DNA of 62,275 bases, filler included, from Choristocarpus tenellus KU-1152 (Eukaryota; Protista; Phaeophyceae): NCBI GenBank assembly GCA_964200185.2. It is 11 parts of 11 records of this genome, joined end to end, with 100 filler letters (N's around TTAATTAATTAA, not from the genome) between each part and the next. Parts side by side here need not be neighbours in the genome. Positions count along the whole stretch, not along the records: positions 1 to 5,357 come from CAXNAD020011051.1; positions 5,458 to 13,785 come from CAXNAD020004852.1; 9 more parts are not named here. One strand, 5' to 3'. The position numbers were made by a program, and so were the translations under genes. Below, piece after piece: positions 1 through 12,683 of this stretch (positions within the stretch are counted from its first letter, which is position 1; every line of letters starts with the position of its first letter). Under the pieces are notes generated by a model that saw only the letters and a list, made by a program, of their open reading frames with translations, was not told where the DNA came from and did not search any database.

Positions 1-53
1 AAATGGACGCCCCCTCACAAACAATCCCCCCCCCCCCCCAGATACTTTGACCC
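1..53 (+). mobile_element. Family D element right end
   Basis: GGACGCCCCCTCACAAAC...C-run...CAGATACTTTGACCC, the reverse complement of the ends at 40340 and 47068. Confidence 0.75.
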
Positions 54-292
54 TCGAAACCCTGGTCCCCACTAACAAGAAATAGGAAACTTTGGTGTTA
101 TCATATAGCTCTCACTCTTTTTTTTGTGTTTGACAGACCCAAACATGTAGGAGGGTGGGAGTTATGCTCTATTTGTTCGTTTGAGGCTTGGCTTCCAACG
201 GTTTTTTTATGCCCTTTTTCGTTTTTTTTTGTATTAACACAGTTGCATAAAATATGTAAGGCTATGAAAAGGTGTATCCAGAGCAAGGGTAT

Positions 293-385
293 GGACACTT
301 GCTAACAAACAAGATATCCCAAATGAATCAAAATGACAACATTGGATTTATGATCCTGAATGGACGTGGCCCTGCCCTCAATACA
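293..385 (+). mobile_element. MITE family A, degenerate fragment
   Basis: GACACTTGCTAACAAAC...CAACATTGGATTT...ATGGACGTGGC resembles the right half of family A. Confidence 0.55.
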
Positions 386-2620
386 TGATTTCATGCGTGG
401 ACATATCAGATATTGAATAGGGGGGAGCCAGATAGAAGCAACACCAAGTTGCCACTTGTTCAATCCGAGTTGCCCACCTGAGGGATGTATTGGCAGCGTA
501 GCACTCCATGGGGACTTCTTGCACGTGCCCAACAGTATAGTTGAAGGGCTCCCCCTCACCCAGTCTCAAGTATTTGAGATAATCAGTGTTCATGGTGAAG
601 TTGTTGTAGTCTTCCTGCCCAAAATACAAACAACAACATTTTGAGAGGGAGAAGGTCATACAAATATTTGCAAAGACAGATAGATGCAGAAACCTTTGTT
701 GTCATGGTGGATGACAGGGGTGCGACAAAGACTGTTTTTTTCGTCTGCTGCATGATTTGTCAATTCTGTGCCAAGCAATAACTTCAAATGTGAAAGAGCA
801 GTAGCATCGACAGACCAATAGTAAATCGCTCAGCGTACATTGCTACAGCCCGTCTTCTTTAAGCATACCATACACATTGTTCTCGCCCATTCTCCCCTCC
901 ATTTGACTCAAGCTTGTCAAGGCTAGTGGTCAACTTGGAAGAACACTTTTCTGACATGTTGAGATACTCTGCCTGTCCTGGGCATAGTTGAGGCTAGGGC
1001 GTGCGGCACCTCACAGAGATCCAATTGCCTCTCCAGCTTGACAAATCGGCAATAGCACATGAAACGCACTTGTCCTGTTGTTCCATGTCAAATTGAGTCC
1101 TTTGACTCCGGATCATAGGATCATAGGTCTCAATGCTCCTAATATCAGCAGGACAAAGCCGTCCATTGTAGGCACTGATAGTTTCTTCTTTAGTATGCGG
1201 ATGACTTAGATTTTCAGAAGTTGTAGTTCTTCCATGACTGCAAATATGTAATTGTAGAAGCTGTGAGCTGTTGGTATGTGAAATATGAACATATGTCGAT
1301 CACTTGAACCGAAACACCCGAGAGCAGTGTAGATTTGGACCATTTTGTTGTTTCAGGGCATATATATATACTTGGTGCCTGACAACCATTTTTCATGGCC
1401 CAAATTCAGGTAACCCCCATCAGGAGTCTGAAAATATTTCTTGTCATTGGATTGAAGGATGTAGGGACATAAAGACATAAATCAGATAACAGTCACAGAG
1501 ATTCCTTAATGATAACATCACCCCCTTCTAGTGTGCCTCGTCTTATGTAATATTGCTGGACATATGATAGTATATTTTGCCCTCAATTTAGGGTCAAAGT
1601 ATCTGGGGGCGGGGGCAGGGGCGGTTGTCCAATTGGGGACAATTTTTTCATGTCGCAATTTTTGGGTGATTTGGTTCCATACGTTGGATGGATAATGAAA
1701 GTGCACTTTTCCTGGTTTTGGTCCAAATGGACACTCTGGTGTAGACAACGCCACCCCCCCCCCCAGATACTTTGGGCCTTCATTGCAACCATATATTGAG
1801 GCTCCTCATTGGAGATCAGTAACCATAGCGCTATTAGGTTGAGCAACCAAGTTTTCATGGAAGCACTACACGAGAAAGCTGAAAAAGGAGGTTGCACCTG
1901 TCCGATGTACTCACTGGGTGACCACAATTGGACTTGAGGTCATTTGACCTATCCACAATAACCGTGTAGTTGATTCCAGCTGTCAGATTCGAGAGGGTGT
2001 AGAAGTGCAAGACACTGTCTTCAAACTCCAGACGTGGTGTACCCTCAGAATAGAACGCTGAGAACCTTTTTTTTGTTAACAAGAATGAATAGAAAAGGGT
2101 TAGGAAGTGAGACATGTGCAATGTGGTCATTCACTCGTGCTGTAGTACATATTTTGGTACCAATGGAGGATGATGAGTGCGTTGGTTTAAGGAATATACA
2201 CTTGCCCTGCAAATTGACCTGCTCCGCTGTCCCAAAACAGTACAAGCGGTGATTTGTTTGAGGTATAAACAAACTCGTTGTGGGATTCTGCCTATGCAGC
2301 AGCTAGAACACACTATACACTCTTTAGTAGTTGTTATCAAAGTTGCACAGCTGTTGCAATATTTGCACAAAACGTCATAGCTGCAGGTTCGTGTTCTTCA
2401 AAGCACTGATTAACCCACATGTCATCAGGCCAGACATCCACCTCATGGAAATCAGGCCAAAAGTCGCCAATGTCGACCCCGCTAGATCCATTCCGACCTC
2501 CTGAGGTGTACCCACTGAGCCGCATGTGTATGTACTTACTGCTTAGGGAAAGGGCATGTGTTGTGATAAAGCTTATCGATATATGCGATCGCATTATTGA
2601 GCAGCTGAGCGTTTAGAGAC
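378..2620 (-). pseudogene. Decayed coding-like sequence of unknown family, interrupted by a MITE
   Basis: Protein-like frames broken by isolated stops, e.g. NIATAVQL**QLLKSV*CVLAAA*AESHNEFVYTSNKSPLVLFWDSG and KYFQTPDGGYLNLGHEKWL...RHMFIFHIPTAHSFYNYIFAVMEELQLLKI. Confidence 0.35.
1591..1778 (+). mobile_element. MITE family B (about 185 bp, G/C-run subterminal arms)
   Basis: GGGTCAAAGTATCTGGGGG...CCCCCAGATACTTTGGGCC; interior GTGATTTGGTTCCATACGT.GGATGGATAATGAAAGTGCACTTTTCCTGG shared with other copies. Confidence 0.88.
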
Positions 2621-2737
2621 ATGTTTAGAAGAGGTAGTGGTCAGGGTTACCGTGCTGCAATAAATTGAGTGTAGCAAGAAAATCAGACTTAGGGTTTTAT
2701 CCAAGAGAACAGAGTAAACTCTAGGTTTGTAGATGTA

Positions 2738-2993
2738 GATTGAAAGTATCTTAGAGGGTACGAGTTTTGGCCTTGTCCATTTGGGGCTTGGCCTCCCATG
2801 GATTCTTTATTGGACTTTTTCTATTCCAAAAAGTTTAGAAGTAGGTAAAGTGTGTATGTTATCAAAAGATGTGCCCAGAAAATGGATATTGACACTTCCT
2901 AACAAGCACGATAGCCAAAATTACGTCAACATCGCAACATTGGATTTTGGGTCCCAAATGGACGCTGCTCTACCCTCTAAGATACTTTGGCTC
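2738..2993 (+). mobile_element. MITE family A, full length (256 bp), TSD TGTA
   Basis: TIRs GA(T)TGAAAGTATCTTAGAGGGTA / TACCCTCTAAGATACTTTGGCTC; TGTA on both flanks. Confidence 0.9.
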
Positions 2994-4494
2994 TGTAGTC
3001 GTTCGTGCTCCCCTGAGCTGTGGGCCCAACGCTGTTCGAGGGAGATGCATCACAGATCCTCCTCATGGATCATACTTCTAGGTGGTTTGGGAGAGACACT
3101 TACTAAGCAGGCAGTAGGGAGCAGATAGGAAGAGAAACGGTAATCAAACTCCTATTTGCTGGCACAATTTATTGACATGGTCAAAGATAGGGAACGAGTT
3201 TGTCAAATTGGCAAATCGAAGATCGACCTGATTATTCGCTTTGAACCTGTTTAGTCTTTTCCTGCGAATGCGGGATCTTTCAGACTCCTAAGTGAGGTCT
3301 CTGAGCTATCTCTTGGCTTCCAACTAATCACACCGTTGTCGATTTCTAGATTGACAGACCATAACTCTCTGACCTTGAAGGGATATCAAACTCCGGCTGG
3401 AATGTGAAGGTGATTTCTGATGGGTAGCCTGCGACCGCGGGGTCAAAAGAGAGTCTCGTGTTGACGAAACCTGATACTCAGGGGCGCAAGCACGAGAAGA
3501 GTCAGAACTATTTTCTGTAAGGCGAGGGCGACAGGAGATAGGAAAGATGCAAGCTGCCGAAGGCTGACGGGTAGTTGCACGAGGAGGGGAGAAGGTGCAG
3601 GAAAATCATTCGAAAGTTATATATCTTTCTTTAAAAATTCGTTTCAATAGTTGTACGGTGGCATATATCTGCACAATCTCGGATAGTGTGTTTCGAGATA
3701 TCTATAAAAGTATTTCACCTTGCGACGGGGTCAGCAAGCAACAACAAAGCTGTAGTAGAACAAACCATGTTGCGAGGGCACGTCGAGTCGGGTACGACGA
3801 GACCAAACCTCCAGCACAGTCTCGAACCATTTTTCCATTATGATGCGACTTCTGTGAGTCTCTTAAACTGACTGGCCAAAGGATTCCACTCTGCTGTCGA
3901 TGCCTCCTTATAGGGCATCGCCCAGGTGAGTCGACCCGATCAACCGACCTAGATCCACACCTCCAAACTCTAGGGTACATGACAAGGGCAGATCAAAACG
4001 TCAACTTTGTCATCCCCATTTGTTTGGCCAAACTTTCCGTGCATATACTGCTGTTTGGTTCCCCCTTGTGGTGAGATTCCATCGACCTCGAAACACCCCC
4101 TGTCTACAAAAGTCTTAATATTTCAAGATGGAATTTTCTCAAAAACATATCTTGGTTCTCCGTTTTTTCCAATTGTTGTGGTGTAACTATTGAAATATAT
4201 ATACGTGAGACGTAATACGTGGCTACTACGTGTAAGACTTAAAATAGTATTCCAATCAATCATCACATACACTCGTCCATTTCAGAACCACAAAAGTAGT
4301 TGGCGTCTACCACAATACTACTACACAGCACATTGATGTGCGCATGTATGCCTTAATTTTTCTGCCCGGTCGGGTTAACCCATTCCAGTCTCGTCGCTCT
4401 GTTGCAATGGAGACACAGGAGGACCCCGTTCTTTGGGAGCCACCACTATTGTAGTACGTTTTACACTCCTTCATACGCATTATTTTGAAGACCA

Positions 4495-4534
4495 AACCCT
4501 AACCCTAACCCTAACCCTAACCCTAACCCTAACC
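4495..4534. repeat. Interstitial telomere-type repeat (AACCCT)6+
   Basis: Six perfect AACCCT units (TTAGGG on the minus strand) plus a partial unit. Confidence 0.9.
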
Positions 4535-4680
4535 GCGTGAAAAATAGTAACTCCCCTTCCTCGTCCTAGAATCTTGAACAGTACTTGCACTGAACCACAG
4601 TAGATGATAGGATTGCATTTTAGGGATGCTGATAATTGTATAATATTCGATTCTTTCGTACCAGTACATATTGGTTGGGA

Positions 4681-4838
4681 CATTTCTGAATTCTGTCGAA
4701 CATTTCAGAGCGAAATCAACGATCTCAAGTCGATCTTATCAATTCATAGACATAATAAGGGTGAATTTCAAAAGATGAAATAAATGGCTGAAGATGCAAA
4801 ACGGGCAAAACCTGGGGTACCTCCCTTTACTTTGGCTC
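4681..4838 (+). mobile_element. MITE family C, right part
   Basis: CTGAATTCTGTCGAA...CTCAAGTC...GGGTGAATTTCAAAAGAT...GGGTACCTCCCTTTACTTTGGCTC. Confidence 0.7.
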
Positions 4839-5162
4839 ATTGCCACAATGAAGCCCTTGCCACCACGATTCACTTTTTTGGCGCTCTTTTTTATGGTTCA
4901 GTGACAGGAAGGAGGGTACTGGTGTAGATTTCCATCGTGCTTACCTAAGGGGTTGAACACATGACCAAAATTCCAAGACAATAATTGTGTAACTAGACTG
5001 GTGCGAGCCCATGTTTCACACTGAATCGCATGACCGTGAGCACAGTTTCTCCAAAATCTAATCTTGTAGAGGTTGAACCATGTTGAAGAAAAATTAAAAT
5101 ATTCCGTTTTTCTCATCTCTTGATATAACTACAGAAGATGTCCGAAGATAGAAGGGAGGGAA

Positions 5163-5357
5163 CAGCCGATCACCAAAATTGATGATGGAGCATAATATGG
5201 AGGATGGGTTTGACCCAAAATGGTGCGCGGAAAGTGCCCATATATTGTAATGTTGCGGCACTTTTTAAGGGCCCCGCTACGAATGGGATATATTTTTGTT
5301 CAAAAATATTTCGGTGCTTGTGGAGGGCACCGCTACAATTTGGAAGCGACCTCGACC
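5163..5357 (+). repeat. Dispersed repeat family E (runs off contig end)
   Basis: CCAAAATTGA.GATGGAGCATA.TATGGAGGATGGGTTTGACCCAAAATGGTGCGCGGAAAGTG, near-identical at 13712-13785 and 25242-25302. Confidence 0.85.
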
Positions 5358-5457
5358 NNNNNNNNNNNNNNNNNNNNNNNNNNNNNNNNNNNNNNNNNNN
5401 NTTAATTAATTAANNNNNNNNNNNNNNNNNNNNNNNNNNNNNNNNNNNNNNNNNNNN
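5358..5457. other. Artificial contig linker N44-TTAATTAATTAA-N44
   Basis: Six-frame stop linker, identical in all ten copies. Confidence 0.98.
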
Positions 5458-5558
5458 CGACTCTCACCATGAACATGACCAAAGACAGCTACTTCTTTCC
5501 CCCCCACCCCACCCCACCCCACCCCCTTGCTGACCGGTGGCAATGCATTCTCAACCAG

Positions 5559-8500
5559 GTATATGAACAACGGCCTGACAAGAAGCTGCGTGCCCCCGCA
5601 TGGTGTGATCGCGTGCTGTGGCGCTCTAGAGACAGAGGCCATGTGTCCTTGAACCGGTACTCAAGGGGATTGCTGAATCTGTCTGACCATAAGCCAGTGG
5701 TCGCTGCGTTCACGGTAAAGGTCAGCTAAATTTAAAACTTGAAATTGAGGAGAAAAAAAAAAGGCTTTATGCTTCGGAGGAGTATTTGGAGTATGTGTGT
5801 TGTTCTGGTAGTGATGTACTGCATTACTGGTACACTCTGAGGAGTATATAGCAGTGTGTAAGAAGTTGGATTGAGGATAGGGTACAATCTGGTATATGTT
5901 CCTATTCCAACGTCAAGGAGTGCAGATTTCATTCTTGTAGACCCATCTACTATACGATTCAGCCCCATACTGTTGTTATTTGCTCAATCCTGTGTGCTTG
6001 GCTGAGTCCTCCTGTGGTGTCATTATCCGTTGTGTTCTGCTGTGTAAGGCAGGTGCGAAAGGTCCAACGTGAGCAACGGAGGCGTGTCTTCAATGAGGTG
6101 AGGGGAATCTGGGCAACAACAGGGACTGGGGTAAACCAACACAAGTGCAAGGGGATGAGGAAGAGGAAGGGATATGGTGGTGGTGGGTGCAGGGGACATG
6201 AATAGGTGATACTAGACTGTACTCTGAAGGAAATGTTTTATCTTGCAACTACAGGAGTTGCTTGTTTATTACTGGGGGGGGAGGATTGGGGGTTAGGGTT
6301 AGGGTTTAGTTTTGTTGTTGTGGTGGTGCAAAAAACGGGATGTCTAGCTTTCAACCACTGGGAAGGAGCATATTTTATTTTAATTTTTCCTGTTCTTTGT
6401 TCATACACTATCAAAATCAACCTGTATGCCTACTCCACACATTGAAACTTGCACATAGGCCAATGTTGACATATCTTGTGTCCTGCACTTCTGTGTCTTC
6501 CTCACAAGGTGACAAATGCCATCCGGCGCTGGGAGGAAGAGGCTGCAACCCCCGAGTTGACCTTGGGTTCCGACTCAATAACCTTGAATGAGGTTTTCTA
6601 CATGCAAGAGGCAACTTCAACCCTACGTGTAGCCAACGTGGGTCGTGGGTGAGTCTTGTCGAGATGACATATATATACATATATATATACATAGTTACAT
6701 ACTTGGAAGTATTTGTAATTAAAAATGGCTAAATTGATGAGGAGAGAGTTTACTGAGCAGCTTTAGAGGCCAGTCCTTTTTGAGACGTTTTTGAGTTGTT
6801 GGTTGAGCTGTTTGTTGTGTGGCCGATGATGTTCTCTGTCCAGGACTATTGCAGTATAATAAATATAATATTATAATAGTAATAATAGCATTTTCAATTT
6901 GAATAGTACAAATGTTATAGTCGCCCCTCTCCAAGATCCTAATAGAGGCCTTTTTGGGAGTGGGCCTCTGACAATTTTGTAAGTTTCCTGCTTTCCGCTG
7001 CCTTGTAAATCAGCAGTTGATGGAGCAATCAATGTACATCACTACGAATTTATCCCTGAATGGTATTCGTCCACTTACTCTACCAATGTCTTTCCTTTTT
7101 AAAATTCATACTGCACTGTTAGCTAACCCTAACCCCCTCTCTCTTCACTCTATTATTAATTGTATTCATTGTAACTCGGGTTGAAGGTGTCGCCAGCAAG
7201 ATGTTGACTATTGAAGGTATTGTCTTGTATACGTGTATGTTGGTGTTAAAAAAGGGGGAGGGGGGGGGGAGGGGGGGGTTAGGGTTGTCTTGTCGGCACA
7301 GGGTTCACTGAAACTAAAATAATGTTGTGTGTCAGAGTTTTTGAGTGGAAATTACGTACTATCCATAGATCGACTGAGAAAGATAGATTCGATGTTTCTT
7401 GATTGAATTTAAGTGTGTGCACACTACAACCCATGATTGGAGGTGTGCAAAGTACCATGGAGCAGATGTGAACAAACGTCCAGTGCTGCTTTGAGGAGGT
7501 TCAAAGTGAATGGCACAGTGTGTATATGTGTGAGAAAATGGTGGACTTGCTAAAAGGTTTTGACTACGATATTGGTTGCAATGGTCTTTAGAGTAAACAA
7601 ATTAACTTGATTGAATCTTCTTGAGTTGGAACATCACGATCAATACAGTAGCATGCTCTACCAGCAGGTGTCTATTGGGGTCAAGAGGTGCTTACTGTTG
7701 GGAGGAAATATCATAATTAATATGTATAGTGTGGTTGAAGAGTGAACTAGTGCGGACTGAGTATTGCTGTTGGCGTGTACAAGGAGTGCACACTGGAGTA
7801 TTGCATCCAGCATCATGCTGCTGGTCAAAACAGCCTGCCTTGGGTGCTTCTAGGGTTGATGTCAAGAGTAGAGTATAGGCAATTTGGGGCACTTTGAAGT
7901 AGTGGTCATTGTGTGTATCACATTGGCACTCTTCCTGTTTTTCCTCTCCAGTATCACACTTCTCCACACCTCTGTAATTCCTCAATCTTTTCTAGCTGTT
8001 TCTAAGGCCTTTCTCAGTGTGAATGGTGCATGGAAGACAGACAGGCGCTAGATGAGGTGATCTTTTCTGCTTGCTCAAATGGTCTTTGTGTGCCTTCTCC
8101 ACCTCCCTCATCTCCCCATGCCCACATGGTCACCATTTAGTGTGCTTACTAACCATAACCCTTTCCTATTACAGTGGTGAAGTACTACTGCCTTGAAGTA
8201 TTAACATTATGCAGAGAGACACTCCTCCAGGAACACGAGTGGCTCTCCTGAAGAACTCTTCCCATGTACCAATTTCCCTCTTCCCCTCCCTGACTCACCC
8301 CCCTCCCCCCTCCGTTTGCCCTTTCTGGTTTCTGATGTGCACAGTCTAGCATACGTGCGATTTACCCCAAAGCTGGATGAGAGTAAGCCTTGGAAGCGAT
8401 GGCTGCGAGTGGAGCCGGCCTTTGCGTTGCTGACACCTGGAGATAGAAAGGAGTTCGGTGTGAAAGTGCTTGTTGACAAGAGAACAGCCACGGTGTGTGA

Positions 8501-11500
8501 GTTTGTGCTGTTTGTTGGGAAGATGTGTTTGTGTTTGCTTGAGGTACCTTCTTTGCGGACGAGGAGTGAACTGCACTCCCCTCCTTTTGTTTCTTCTGTA
8601 CTTTGAAAGTGAATGTTGCGATGAGGTACATCCTTTTTTTGTCAGACTGTGGTGGATGAAAATTGGCCTTATGTATTCCATACAGTGGCAACTGCTGCCT
8701 GCTTTTACTGGGAAGAATCTTAGTCCGTAGACGAGCAGAAGGAGTAGAAATGCTGTCTGTGAAGATCTGGTAAGGACAGAGGCAAGAAATGATAACAGGC
8801 GAGGGTGGCGCAGCCCTTACTGAAGAGTGTACATCTTTGAAGTGAATATCCTGGCACTGACATGTGATATCAGAACTCTACCAGTAGATTGCTTAGGGGG
8901 TCTGTTTTTCCTTGTATTCCAGCAAAGATGTCTTGGGCTCAGGCAGACATGCCTCATGTTGGTTTGTGGGGTTTCACTTGTATTGCAGGAGGTTTGTGCA
9001 GGTGTGGAGCAACTTCAGGACATGCTGGTGCTACGATTAGAGGGAGGAGCAGAGTTCTACATTCCTGTCACTGCCCAATACGCCAGCCCGTCCTTTGGGA
9101 GACCCCTAGAGGAGCTTGCTGTACGTGGCAGCCCTTATGTGAGTATAGATGTAGAGTTTACACAATTATTTAACTCATGTGTGATACAGGCACACTTTTC
9201 ATTGGGTAATATTTGATGACCAAGTAATTTTCGAGATGCTCTTGGAAGTTGTGTTTAGTTCCCATCTGTGTGCGTGTTGTGTATTGTGAGTGTTTTAGTG
9301 GTCAATTTGTAGCCCCTGTTTTTGTTGCATACTCCCTTTAATACCAAGCCCGGTGAATCCTGTACTTTATGGGGGTAAAATAGTCCCTAAAATATGTCTG
9401 TTAAGGCAATGGATTTTTTTCACACCTTCCCAGCCAAGTACATAGCTCAAGAGTAAGTACAGAGTTTTCCCATATAGAGCCGTTGTTGATTGAAAAGATG
9501 ACGTACCTCTTCTGTAGATGACAACTCACCCTTGGAACCGTGGTGTGTACGCCTGTTCAAAAGGGGCGGAAATGTCATCTGCTCACTATGGCTTGACTGA
9601 TAGAATGAGAAGCTCAAGAGTGCTCAAATGGCACTTCACAGCAAGGGTTTTAGGGTATTGGGCACCTGAACCTTATTTGATATTCTTGTGGTCGTTTGTG
9701 TTGGGACATTTTCTGTCACCCTCTTTTTCTTTGCACCACAGTGAGAAATTTATGTCACTTGGCCATTGGCTAAAAGTTTTTTCCCACGTAAGATCTTGCT
9801 GGGTAGAGTCCTCCTGACTGTTGATCAAAGGCCCAACCGCCCAGGTTGATGGGCAACTCCAACTATTGTGATTGGAGAAGGCGGGTTCATGATCCACTGT
9901 AAGTACACTGGCTGTTTATCTGCGCTATTGCACCAAGATCAATCAATCAGGAGCAATTGCAGGAGGAACTACTTGCTGATGGGTTTAGTATGAATGAGAT
10001 TGAAGAGAGTGATGCTCACTAGAGGGCAGCCTTTGTTGATTACAGGCCATGCACAAATCCTCTTGTGCATTTTATACTGTCATTAGTGTGATATTTCCAA
10101 CTACTGGAGCGCAGTATTGTAAACCAACTCAGGTTTCCCAGGATGAAAAAAAAAACAAATCCTAGTGTATATTGTAAGCAGCCCTTTAAAAATGGCTGAG
10201 TCGCCACAATCCGGTGTTTTGTTTATAGTCCAATGAATGATCAGGGTTTCTTCCCCCCACCCCCCATCCCAGGCTGCCTGCTTGGCAATACCTCATGAGC
10301 TGTGGCGCTTGACTGATGGAATGATTCGAGCAGGAGCCCTCTCCAGTCCAGAAATGGCTTTGGATCTCTTTCCGCCAGTGGAGACCATACGCTGTTGTGA
10401 TGTTCAACATGATGTTGGCACAGCTGTAGTTCTCAGGTGCAACTTTGGATATGGGGAGGGGGGGGTTGTTTATTTCTTTGCTGCATAGATTGTAGTGTTT
10501 CTAGCGTGACTCCTTTTTGTACTGAGTACAATGGCAGTTTGGTTTTGGGGTCGGGGATTTTTATCCTGCTGTTGGTGTTGGCGGTTTAGGGATATTCTGA
10601 GGTCTTGAGACAACAGATTTACTACTTTTTCCCTTTTGATGAGGTCTATGCATGGTATGCAAGAGGCATGGATATAATGCAATCAACCCCAGCTCTTGTC
10701 TGCAGCCTAACCTTGCTTGATCATTTTTTGCAATACTCAAGTGGTTTGATAAGCTGTAGACCCCTTAGTGAGAAAAGGCAACGGTGTGATAAGTACTGAA
10801 GGACACAATATGAAACATGCGTATCTTCCATGCCACGTGGCGTGCATCAAATATGGACAAGTAGGAAAACAATTTTGGGGGTTTTGCCCCCTTTCTTGTG
10901 CTGTTTGCCAGCAGGACATCACCCCCATCCAAATTACCTCAACATGCCTTACGCCCATCTTGTATGCATGCATACATCGATCCTCCTGTTCTGGTACAGG
11001 AATTGTGCAGGGAGTTTGGGAGTAAACTTTGAAGAGAGATTTTGGTCAAATGGGGCATCGAGGTTTTGAGTCCACATGTAAATTGTAGGTTAAACCTTAA
11101 CAGGGAACTGTACTGAGATTTCTTATCAGCACCTGCAGTGTGGCTCAGAGGGGGAGGGGTTTTGGAGGGTGTGCTGCAGTAGGGGGTTTGCCTGTCCTGT
11201 GTGACTGGTGTGACTGGTGGTAAGGATGACACTCATGGTAGATACCTGGTGGTAAGGAGCGGATTGAAGGGGTAGGGCCTGGGAAGTATCTTTTTTTATT
11301 ATTTTAAGGGGTTTTGCATTCTCCGTCAAGGCAACTGCTTCTTAGACACCATGTACCCACTGCTGCAGAAGTGTTGATAAATGCTGTTTGAGTACTGATA
11401 TAGTATGCACAACCAAATACCTTCCAAGTACCTTGAAAGATGGCTGATGTGGTGGGTAAAGAGATCCTGCTGCTAAAAAGGGTCAGCAACCAGATTCAGG

Positions 11501-12683
11501 CACCTCAGACTTTTCTCCATCAGTGGCAAGCAACATGGGCCAGATATCATATAGATTTCCCCTTCCCATTCTTAACTTTTCTCAGATGCCTGGACAATGG
11601 GAGGGACTTCCCATCGGCCACACCTCCCCAGGCCCTTGCTTCTGCGATGCTGGCCTTCCTCTCAGCCATGCCAGATCCACTGGTGGCTGCCTCAGCCATG
11701 GCGGCTGTAGAGACAGAGTTGGCGGCAGCACATTCATCACCAGCCTTGTGGGGAGAGAGCTTCCTGTCCTCTCTGTCACCTGCCCGGCATAACACATTCC
11801 TGTACATAGTGTGAGTTGCGAGGAACCCTATCCATGGTGACGTTTTTTCCCTGTGGTATTATTGTCTTGCTCCCCCTCACACACCCTCCTTCCCTGGAAC
11901 CTAGACCAGGAAAAGGGCAGGTATTTGATGTGTTTGTTGTTGCAGCACCTCGACTGGTTGTACCCCAGATGCTTGGTACGAGTTAGTGGGATGCAGTACA
12001 GTATGATAGGTTCAAAAATGGTGTATCATATGTCGGATAGTTTGTACAGAAGTTGACTTCCAGGGAGTTTTCACAAGTACACATTGGTGCGGTTTTATGT
12101 GGAATTTTGCTGTGGACCCCTTTTTTTTTCATAGATCTTCCTTACGTACAGATTTCTTCAATACCAGTATAGTTAACATAGAAAAGTGCTTACATGTCCT
12201 CATACTGCCAATTCCGAGTAAGGTCAAGTTGAACCATTCAGCTGCTACTTGCCCACCTTGTGGCAGTATGCCATGGAGGAGGTGACAAGGCACTACGTTT
12301 TAGGAGCTCATTCAACTCCCTACCCCATTGTATCTTTTGTCATCCCACATCCATGTGAATGTTACCACGTGGATGTGGTGGGCTATTGTTGAATCATCAC
12401 ACTCTTCAGATCCTTTCTCCATGAGGTTGCCAAGGCAGGCAGACCCATGGGTCTCCGCCCGCAGTCACTGGCTTCATCCATATGCACCGCTCTATGTTAT
12501 GCTGAGACTGGGCTGAGTGGGCAGGAGGGTAGTGGGGGTGGGAATGGTGAGTCACCAGTAGGGTCTCCACTTGGGCAGGGATCACGAGTAGGAGTGGGGA
12601 CGGGGGCGATTAAGCCCTCCTTGTACCACTACCAAACGGTATTCAGGGACATTCTGGTGTTTTTCATTGTTGCCTCGAGATGA
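5559..12683 (+). CDS. OCRL: OCRL/INPP5B-like inositol polyphosphate 5-phosphatase (end of catalytic domain + ASH + RhoGAP-like domain), 5'-partial, 8 exons
   Basis: Phase-compatible GT-AG exons 5559-5720, 6053-6097, 6509-6648, 8345-8492, 8989-9138, 10273-10436, 11586-11810, 12410-12683(stop). Motifs: PAWCDRVLW and SDHKPV (5-phosphatase); FTPKLDE..W.RWLRVEP and QDMLVLRLEGG.EFYI...Y..PSFG.PLEEL (ASH); IPHELWRL, RCLDNG, LAFLSAMPDPLV, NTFLYIVSFL (RhoGAP-like). Confidence 0.9.

Noticed and set aside
3459-3983. Possible solo LTR (TG...CA ends, TATA-like core, CpG-rich)
   Set aside because: No TSD, primer-binding site or second copy in the window.
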